From the UHGV virus genome UHGV-0318153: a stretch of 64,000 bases of DNA; one strand, 5' to 3'. This document shows positions 27,996 through 39,900 of the stretch, in pieces (position 1 is the first letter of the stretch; each line of letters begins with the position of its first letter). A program made the translations under genes and the position numbers. Source of the DNA: a virus. The notes beneath the pieces were generated by a model, which ran no database searches, was not told where the DNA came from, and saw only the letters and a program-made list of their open reading frames with translations.

Positions 27996-30900
27996 TTATT
28001 TTCTTATCCATTCACCTATTTTTTTAACAGGTATAACAGACAAAGCATTATCTCCAAGTTTATAATAACTGTTATTATCAGGCAATTCAATAATACGTTG
28101 TATATTACGATATACAGGTATATTTCTACCAATTATAACTTTAAGTTTATTTTCTCCAGCATAACGACCAGTTTTATATTCTCCTTCAAATCCATTATCA
28201 ATCAATGTTTGAACTCCAAATGCTAATCCTTTTAATAAATCATCACCACTTTGCCATATAGCAACAGGACTAGACCAAAGTTTTTCACCTTCACTAGCAA
28301 GACCAATAGGAGTAAATGCAAATGCTTCTGAAGCAAGTCTATCAGCCTGATACATTAATAAATTATACCAAATACTTTCTTCATTATCTTTATCACCTCC
28401 AGCTATTGCAGTCAAAGCAATTGCAGTAACTACAGCAGCACCTGTATAAACAAAATCAGCATAAGCACGTCTAATATTAGCACGTTCATTTTCTGATAAT
28501 AGATTATAATTAAGTTTAATATGAGTAATAAAACTAATAGCATTTTTACAATATTCTTGTATAGCTTGTAGTGTATCAAGTTCTTCTTGACTGCGTTTAT
28601 ATTTAGTTAAATGATAAGGAGTATTAATAAATTGCATAAGACTATTATAAGCACCTTTTTCAATAGTTTCTAATACTTCATCATAATAACCATGTCGTCT
28701 ATATCTTTTCTTAAATCCAGGATATAGATGTTTATGGAATTGCATTACAATACCACCCCACCATTCATTTTCAATTTTAGCAGCACCAATTTTATCATAT
28801 ACACCATGAACTTTCTTATTAACTTTGATAACTTTTTCTACAAGTTTTGCAAAGTCTTTGAGTTCAATATCTGCATCAGCTTTTAGATTTGCATAATCAT
28901 CAACAAGTTCAAATTGACTATAAACATCTGGCAATTCTTCAAACTTTTTCTTTGCTTCTTTCATCAACTCTTTACGTTTTCTTACAAATTCAATCATTCT
29001 TTCTTTTGTAAGATGTGTTCTAATAAAATCTGTTATAACATTATCATTAAACATATTATAATTAGCACGTCTATTTTCATCAGCAAGAATATCATTAAAG
29101 AATTTATCATAAGCATCACGTTCTTCTTCATTCAGTACAATCATTAATGCTTCTAATTCTTTTTCTCGTTTAAACATTTCAAACGATACTATTTTAACAT
29201 TACCATCAGCATCTTTAATTATACGATGATTTTTCATCATTGTCAAAAGAACAGTATTTTGCATATAATGTTCACCAGCAGTTTGTGGAGTAAATAACAA
29301 ACCTCTTAACTTCTTTATATTACCTTTTATATCATTAGCTGTCAATTCTGCTATTCTATCATAATCAACAACATTTGCCAGTTTTATAATACCATCTTGT
29401 AATGTAGTAGATTTATCATTATACATATTAGACATATAACTAATAGCACCACCAACATAAAGATTTTGACCAACTATCCAATCTTTCTCATTAAAGTATT
29501 CTCTAGCAAATCTTTCTGCTGCAAGGTTAGTCTGACCTGTAAGAATATTTGCAATACCACCAGTAATATTTAACATCATATATTTAGTACCAGCCATATT
29601 TTGAGCAATACTAGCAAACTTTAATAACTGTGGATTGGTATTATTTTTATAAGTATCTCTTACAACTCTACGAATATAATTTCTTAATTGAGCAGATGTA
29701 TTGCGATTACTTTCAGTTTTATATTCAACTTCACTTTCTGCACTTAATCTATAATCTTGTATTAATTCATTTTTATAATTAAGTTTATAAGCATCATAAC
29801 TCAACAAAGCATCATCAGCTGCATATAATTTACCTTTAATTAATCTAATAGCATCATATCTAGCACTATTTATTATAAACGATTTAAATACATTTTCCCA
29901 ATCTTTATTGATTAATTGATTATGTATCTTTTCATTTTCTTCTCTTATCTTAGCATTAACATCTTTAGCTTCTTGTTTACGTTTAATAAATTCAGCTTCA
30001 CTTTCACCAGGTTTAGGAAAATGAGGAACTTCAACATATTTAGAACTATTTCTATCCAATAACATTTGCAACATTGGATTATCTTTTTCTTCATCAGTAT
30101 TATAAGTTATATTTTCCAAATCTTGCCATTTAGTATCAGTAGGAATATTAGAACTAATACCAATAAATGCCATAGCTTCTTTAAATATATCTTTATAATC
30201 AAATTCTTTTTCTTTACTAATAGAAGGAAGATAACCTTGTTTTACATAATATTTATTACTATCAGTAAAAGCATATTGCATCATTATCTTCTTTAGATTA
30301 TTCAACAATTTTAATTCATATTCATTTAATGCTTTATAATTAGAATTATCATAACTTACTTCTTTACGAGTTCCATCTTCTTGCTTAGCTTTATATGTAC
30401 TACCTTCTTTATAAGTTGGATAATTCTTATCATATTTCTCATTAAGATAATCTTTATTAGGTTCTAAATCTGTCTGATTAATTCTAGCTTCCCATTTACC
30501 TTTAGCTTTATTACCGCTTTCATCTATATATTCAGTATGTGTCCATATTTTTAATGGTTCATATTGACGACTATAAGGATTATAATAATGATTATCAAAA
30601 TACCATTTTTTAAATTCTTCTTTACTCATATTATCTCTATTAGTTCTCATAACTTCATAATAATATTGAGTTTTAGTATTTTGAACGTGTTTATTAATCA
30701 ATCTTATATAATCAGTTTTATTTTTATTAACCCATTTACTTTCATCTTTAGGTTTAAGAACGCCATAGAATATTGTATTAGGAACAACATTACCTTCATC
30801 ATCTACAGTTTCAAATACTTTTTTCCATGCTTGATACCATTCATCACCATTTTTGTATGCTCTTGCTCTATCTGCTTCATAAGCCGCATTATTATATGTA

Positions 30901-33900
30901 ATAACACATTCTTCAGCAATAAATTCAGCAGCTTTTTTATTTTTAGTTTTATCAAGGTCATACAATTCTAACAACTTAGACAATTTATTCAAATCATCCA
31001 TAGTAAGTTTATCACTACCTGTATTAAGCACTCTAGCTGTACTATCCCAAACCTTATCAAGAATTTTATTAATTGCTTCTATATCTTCTATTTCATCTTC
31101 TGATTTAACTTTATCGTTTCTTAAATTATCATAGAATTCATATTCATAAATAACAACATCATCATCTTGACTTCTTAATATACCAGCATAAGGTAAACCA
31201 CTTCTTTTACTAAAATGAAAATTACGAACAGTTTCTTTTTTAATTCGTTCTATTTGTTCAGCTGTAAATTTTCTACCATCAAGAATACCAAATTCATCAC
31301 GAGCATTTGCTTGTTCAATAGCAATATTTAAAGCAGAAGTTTTACTAATAGTTGGGTCATTAAATGCAGTCAAGCAAGCATTGATTTCATTAATAAAATC
31401 AGCATCTGGTTTATACATCGCATTAGCTCTCAACCATGCTTTAGCTTTTCTATATTCTTTATTTTGCATAAGAATATTCATTGGAATAAGAAGTCGTCCT
31501 TCATGGTCACGAGCACCTTCAATATCAGATATTGTCTTTAAAGCATTATTAAGTTGTTCTTCAAAACCAACTTTAATATTTCTATCAAAGAATAATTCTT
31601 TTAAATATCTATTTCTATCAATAAATGCGTATAATGTTCTAGCAGCGGTTAAATCTTCATCATCTTTAATTTCATAATTATCATCAAAGTCAGAAGTCAT
31701 TAAACGAAGTTTAAGATATATTTGATGTATCTTTTCATCTTGTTCTTCTGTTGGAGTATTACCAATTATATTACTTAATATATCAGATTGTTCTTTCATT
31801 AATCTTTTATATTCAGCATATAATTCAGCAACTTTTGGATTTTTATTATATAATACAGCGTATTGATTAGCAATAGTTTCTCTTGTATAATCAACCATTA
31901 CTTCATTACCATCAATATCAATATCTTTAATGGGAATAAATTGTGATTCTGTAGTTGCAGCTATAAATGCATCATATTCTAATTTAGCTCTTAATGCCTT
32001 AACACTAAATTTATCTTTTGTTTCATCTACAGCTTTAATATATTCTTTATTAAGTTTGTCTTTCATTTCAAACCATTCTTTATTATTTGGCTGAACAAGA
32101 CGACCATTTTCATCAACAATTTTATTCCAATCAATAGATTTACCATTTTTAGCAGCTTCAGCTTTTAAATCAGAAAGCATTTTAGCAAATTGTTGTGCTT
32201 CAATTTTACCTCTAAATTCTCCTTCTTTAATAATAGCTTGACTTTCACCAACAACAGCTTGAACTAATTGATTATGATTAAATGCAATATCTTGTATATT
32301 CAAATCAAAAAATCCTGTATCTCCATAAAATGTAAGAGCATCTTGTAATCCAGATTTAATATTAGGATTAGTAGTGCTACTATTAATAAATTCTCCCCAA
32401 TAACTTCTTTTAGCTTGAAGTACAATAGTATCATTATTCAATTTATTAATAGCTTCTTTTATAGTTTCTAATGCTGCTTTTGTATCTTCATCATAACCTT
32501 CAATATTAATATCTCTAAATGAATATCTATCTTTAAACGATGTGATTGTATTAATAAGAGTAATAAACTTACGTTCAAGATTATTATCTTTCAACACTCT
32601 TTCTATAACTCTAGCATCATTTAATTTCAATTCATTGCCATCTTCATCAATAGTAAAATGATAAGCATCATATATTAATCTATCAGCAGTAGCTTTTACA
32701 AATTTAGCAACAGTAGAAGAAGCAACAGGAAGATTATTGGCGATTTCTTTTGTATCTTTATAGTTAATATTAGCATTATTAAGTATCTTCATCATACTTT
32801 CAGCTAATTTATTACCGCCAAAACTTTCTTGTCTAGCAATAGCAACTGTTTGTTTAATAGCAAAACTAGCTGCATCACGTTCTCCAATGCTACTATATCT
32901 TTTGCCATATTCCACTACGGGCAAGATACCGTAATCACTTTCTGGTTTATAATTAGGATATTCATCAAGAAAATCAATATAATCTTGATAAAGATTACTA
33001 GTATTTCCTCTAAGTCTATCGGCTACTTCTTCTGTAATTTTTGTAGCAACATATTTCTTACCATTTATAGCATTATTTATTATTAATTTATCTCCTGTAA
33101 ATCCAGTATTACGAAGAATTAATTGCGGTTTATCAAAGAAATTATTATTTGCAATAGCTAATGCTTCGTTTATGTTATTTGTTTCATCTATAGTTATTTC
33201 TGTAGCACCAACAAACTTATCTTTATATAAAGCATATTGTTCAGCAAGTTTTTCACTTTTATATCCATATACAATATCAAATAAAGATTTATATACATTG
33301 TTACGAGCAATTGAACTATCTTCTATTGTTTTATTGGTATCAATTTCATCAAGTTTGTTTAATGGATAATATGTAACATCTTCTATATGATTAATACCAT
33401 AATATAATTTTGCTGTATTACCACGTCTAATTTTTATTATCTTATAAGCTTCATCTTTATTCAATAATCCTAATTTATTAAAATCTTTTGTATTAGCTGT
33501 ATCATATGTATAAACAGTTATTGAACCATCATTATTAAATTCAATATCTTGAGCATGATTTACATTTTTCTTTATAATTTTATCTACATCTACAAATCTG
33601 GCAGGAAAATCATCATAATTTTGACGAACAAAACCAATAATTAATTTTTCTGAAACATTTGCAGTTGGTGTAATAAATCTATAATTATCAAAAGCTAATT
33701 TAGTACTAAATCCAATATTCATACCACCAACATTAGTAGGTTTTAATGGTAAAGTAGAAATAGCACGAGCAATATTACCAACTTTAAAATTATTTCCTTC
33801 TACAACATAAGTATATTTTACTAAATCTATTGCAGCTAATCTAATAATTGGATTACTACTTAAATAAGCTAAATCAAATAAATCATATAAATAATCATTT

Positions 33901-36900
33901 GTATAATTACCTTGATTAAGTTTAAGTTCATTTGATATATAACCTTTTTGCTTAATAGTAAATTCATTAAATTTATTTACTGATATAAAATCAAATATAC
34001 CTATATTATCAAAATTCTCTTTAATATAAAGAACTTTTTGAGCAGGACTTAATTTAGCAAAGGCTAATACTTCTTCTTTAGTTGGATTATTAATATCAGC
34101 TATTTTAAAATCAATATTTTTAGTATATTCACTTCCAATACCAGCAATTCTAGACATTTCATTTTCAATATCTATCTGTAGCTTGCCCGTAGAGGATTGC
34201 TTGATTAATACACTACCATCATCATCTAAAGCAATAGGATATATAATAGCTGGATTATTATCATTTACATATAATCTCTTAACTAAATATTTTTTATAAT
34301 CATTATAAAGTTTTTCTGATAGTTTTCCATTTTTTGTATATTTAGCTATATCATATATAAGTTCTACAAAATTAGGCTCTGCTGTTTCAAATACTTGTTG
34401 TCCAACTTTCAATGCAGTAACAGAAGAATATTTCAACATAGCAGCAAGAGAAGGATAACTACTATTTTTAATATCAGATTTAGCAAAAGTATTTATACCT
34501 TTACTAATACCAGGATAAATAGCTTCAACTACTGGAACTATTTCACCTTTTTTATTTTCAGCATATAGTTTATTATCATTTGTCAATATATCATCTATTT
34601 GTCTAAATATTCTATCTGTAGCATAATAACTAGGTTTAGCACCAAATTTATCTGCTGTCAATATACTAAGAGTATTATTAACAATACTACCTAATTGATT
34701 TAGTTTATTAAATTGCAGAAGAACCATAAAATCATGTATCTTCTTTTCTTCTTCTGTCATTTCATTACTAAATCGTTTTACATTTAATTCTCTATCAATA
34801 ATAGGAAAACCTACATCACCATAAACATTTGTTATATACCCTTTTTCATTATATTTACGATAAACAGCAGAAGCTAAATCTGACATATTTTTACCATCAG
34901 TTGTAATCCCCAAAGCAGTAGCAGCGTCATCAAGAGCTTTTGATAAAGGATTAATATATTCACTATTAGCAAATGATTGACTTTCATTCCAATACTTAAC
35001 AAGATTATCCATAGCAGGTTGATACATAAAACTAATAGCAGTCTTATAATCAATACCAGCATTAATCATAACTTTGAAGGCATTAAATGTATAAGTATTC
35101 TCATTATGAATAGCACCTTCTTTCATAACATCAAGAATATGTGCTGTAGTTTGAGAACTATAAGGAGTTAAAAGATAACCTTCAACATTTTTATTATCTT
35201 CACTCCAACCTTGATTTGTAAAATTAATTACGTTATTTTCAACTTTACCAAATCTATTTTTTTCTCCTATCTTTTGTTTATCTATTGTTTCTTTATCATA
35301 TCTAACAGGTATAGCAAACGGCAATCTTATTTTTGTTCTATTACCAATACTAGCAAATGTATCAAGATTAACAGATATAGCTTTAAGTTTAATACCAGAA
35401 CTAGCAGATTCTTTCCAATCTAATTGAGTAACAGCATCATGATTACCATAAGATTTATCATCAATAACATATTTATTACTAATATTAGCAATCTTCTTCA
35501 TCCAACTATTAGCTTCAGCAAGATTACTAAATTGAGATATACCCATATTTTCTTCAAAAGCAGCAGGACTATTAAGAATGTCAATAAAAGTCTGAACTAT
35601 ATTATTATTTCGTACATCTCTACTCACTCTTTCCTCTACGGGCAAGCTTAACCAAGATACATAATTAGGAAGATTATTATCATTAGCAAACTTTTCAGCT
35701 TCATTTAATTGTTCTTTAGTATTTTCTTCAATAACATCTTTTATTTTATTTCTATTAGTTTCGCTTAAAGCAACATTATCATCTTCTTGACTATCAAATA
35801 ATTCTTGAGTTGCTATATAAGTATCATAAACATTATCAAGTATTTTTGTTTGATTTTGTATTTCTCCACTTTCTTTTAAATTATATAGTCTTTCTATAGC
35901 AGAATCTATATATTCTTTAGAAGAAATACCATCTTCTTTTTTACCAATAGCTTGAATTATTTTATGAAGTTCTTTATCTTTAGTTTCTTTTGCTAATTGA
36001 TATATATTATATTTATCTTTAAATCGATTATCTAATGATTTAAGAATTTTAGCTTGATAATCTTCATTTAATTTTTTTCTATCTTCTTTTTCTTTATCTT
36101 TAATAAATTTAATAGAGCTTTCTATTTGACCATTATATTTACTTAATGCTTTTCTAGCAGCCATACCGACATTATCTTTAATATATCGAATATAGCCTTT
36201 TTCATTTAATGGATAATCATTTTCTGTTGGTTCAATAACTTTTCCATCTTTATTTAATGTTATATGTTTAGTCATTGCATAAACACTATCAACGTCAAAG
36301 TCAGAACCTGTTTGTGTTACCCATTCATCTGGAACTACAACTGTACTACCATAAGCATCAGGAAGAAATTCTACAACTTTCATTATAACAATAGATTGTT
36401 TACCTTCTGTTGGAATACGATAACCAATCATTGTTCGTAAATCTTCAGGAACTTCATTAATGTCTATTGGTATTTTCTTTGTTGTTCCATCTTCTTGTTT
36501 TATTGTTCTATATAAAGCATTGCTCCATCTTTTTAATCGAATTTCAGCATAATAAACAGGAATACCATTTATTTCACCTTGTTTTCTATATTCAAGTTTA
36601 TGATTATGTTCAGCTTCATGATTTGCAAGATATTCACTATCTTTTACTGTATCTTTATCTACAGTAAATCCAAAATCTGATAACTGAGCAGCGTGCCATC
36701 CTTCAATAGTTTGACGAGTAATACGTTTATTAAATAAAGCATTAGTAACATTTTCAAGTTTTGTACTAACATTATTCATAATTAATGGAAGTTGGTCACT
36801 GCCTTCAAGAGCGGTATCAAGAAATTCCATAAGAACTCTATCTGCTCCATTTTTTGCCATATTTTCTTTAACAAGCTGCAAGAATACTTTTCTATTTAAA

Positions 36901-39900
36901 CCAACTATAGCACCATCTTTAAGTTTAATATTGCCACTATTATCTAATTCTATTCCTAATTCTGTAGCAACTTCAACAAAACTTTGTTTAATATTAGCTG
37001 TATAGTTATTAAAGAATTTATTAACAAGATTATTATGATGTTCATCGTTTGGAAGATTATCCAACATCTTCTTTAATATCTGAATACCAGCTTTGTTTTC
37101 TTCATCAACCATATGTTCAGGAACTTCTTGCTGACGATATAAATAATTATAGCTATATGGTTCAATAACATCTCTAGCTTGTTCTTTAAATTCATCAAGA
37201 TGTATATTTCCATCATTATCCCATAAAGTTATAATATTATGATTAGCAGCTTTTGAAGTTTCAATAGTATTTAATTGGTCAATACCAATTTCTTTCATTG
37301 CATTATAAACTTGTTCAAGTTCTGTTCCTTTAATAAGTTTTGGCAATAAAACAAATTCAGCATTTTTAATTTGTCGAGGAACTTCAATACCTGTTTTAGT
37401 ATCATAATATAAATCATAATAGAAGTTCTTTTGTATCGGAACTTTATTTTCAAAAGCAGTCCAATCTATTTCTTCAATAGGAGTATCATTTGTTAATGCT
37501 TCTATAAGACTAGCATATTTATTTAATTCTCCAGCAGCAGTAATTCGTCTTATCCATTCTTCTTGAGTAATATAAGACTGAGCATCATTAGTCTTTGTTT
37601 TTTCATCTTTAAATGGTTTCAACAAACTAGCTTTTGTTTCTTCTGATAACTTGGCTTTATTTAATTGTTTTTCAAGTCTATCGATTACTTCTTGTTTTGA
37701 TGTTTTATTTGTATTATAAACTGTAACAGCTTTAAACTTATCATAAAGTTTAATTGGTTCTTTTGTTGTATAATCTATTACAGCTTTTTTACCATCAGCA
37801 GTTGGCATATCTATTGTTTCTTGTACAATTTTAGCAGGGTCTGTACTAGTTCTAGTAAAATCTACAACTCCAAATGGAGAACCACCAGCTTGAATTTCTT
37901 TTAATCGTTTAAGAACATCTTGATTACCTTTATAAAACTTACTCTTTCCGTTAAATAAATGGTCATAATTAACTTGATTTATAATAGTATTAATAAGATA
38001 TTCTCTTATATTTTCATCAGAGAAATTTTCCAAGAATGTACTAAATTCTCCACGAAGATAATTTGTAGCATTTTTAAGATAACTATCAAGATAAGTTTTA
38101 ATAGTTTCATTAATTGCATTATCTACAATAGATTGATAATTTGTATCAAATACAATTTTACCATTTTCAACTTTTACTCGTTTTTCTCTATCACCATATA
38201 ATACATCAATAACCTTACCATTACCCATAAGATTATGATAAAGAGAAACATCAGCAAATTTACTATTTAAATCAGATAGTTTAAATACAGCTCCTGTTAG
38301 AACATATTTTCCATCTACTATGTCATAAACTTTACCATTTCTATTTTTTTCATAATTCAAATATAATTCATTAGCATTATAATCATCTTTAAGAACAAGT
38401 TGTCCTTCTGACATTATAAGATTACCATTAGCATCTTCTTTAAATATTCTTCTAGCAGAAGTATAAGCATCAAGAATTTCTTGATAAATAATATTTCTTA
38501 AAGCATCAACTACTGGATGGTTAATATCAAATTCAATACCAATATTTTGACGTTGTAATAAATATATTTGATTATTAATATAAGCAAGTTTACTATTATT
38601 TACTTGAGTTTTAGTAACTTGACCGTCACTAATTAAGCCTTTAATAATAGCATTTGCCAAATAGAATTGTCCATTAATTTCTTTTAATTGTCCTGTAATA
38701 GCATATTTTGCTCCATGTTTATCAACAAAAGCAAAACTAGGAGAATTATTTCCAACTTTATAATATTTATTTACATCAACAGGAATATTAATTTTTTCTC
38801 CATTAATCAAATCAACAAGATTTTTTGAACTAATAATATTTAATTTATTAGTCAGCCAATCTGTATATTTTTCATCTTTTAAATCTATTACATTTAAAGC
38901 ATTTACTTTATTTGTTGCTTCTTGTCTAAATTTATTATATTGTTCTTCATTATATTTATAAAGACCATCTAATGATAATATTGGCATAGTAGCAACAAAA
39001 GTTTTAGGAGCATCTGAAGGAATACTCATAAAGAAATTAGCGGTAGCAAATTTATGTTCTTGACCATTTATAACTACAGTCTTTTCTTCATTCTTTACAT
39101 AATTCATAAGTCCTGTTAATAGATAATCTCCTTTAGACATATCTTTATATAATACAGATGTATTAGTACGTCTATCAGCAGAACCATTAACAAGAGATAT
39201 TTTAACTAATTCATTAGCATATTCAGTAAGTTTATAAACATCACCAACTTTTCTAAAAAGACCTGGCTGTAGCTTGCCCGTAGAGGATACACGCTCTATT
39301 AATACATTACTATAGTTATATCCAGTACCAGCAAATTTTTGTCTAGCGTATGCTTCAATAGCTTCTTCACTACTAAATATCAAAGGAAAATTAGTAAGAT
39401 AACTTCTATTAATAACATCAGAACTTAAATTATTAGCACCATTTCTACTATTAAGATTAACTTTAACATTAGTATAAGGAGCTATTTTTTTACTAAATTC
39501 ATATATAAATGGCAAATAACTATCAGGAATAAAACTATTTAAATCTGATACATCTTCACCTTTTGATAATTTTTCAATATAATTATTTTTATTATTAATT
39601 GTATCAGAAATAATTTTACTAATAGTTGCAATATTATATAATAAAGATTTATATTCATCTTTATAATTATCAGCCATATTTTGCAATGATTGATAATCAA
39701 TATCAGGTACTATAAGTTTTAATGCTTCATGTACATTTTCAATAGTTGCGTCTTTTATATCAATATTAAATTTTTGTAATGTAGTTTCATCAGCATTTTT
39801 AATACCTAATTTAATATCATTTACAACTATTTCTGTCGGATTAGAAGAAAGATTACTAATTCTTACTTGATAACCACCTTGATAATCATAATAAGTTTCA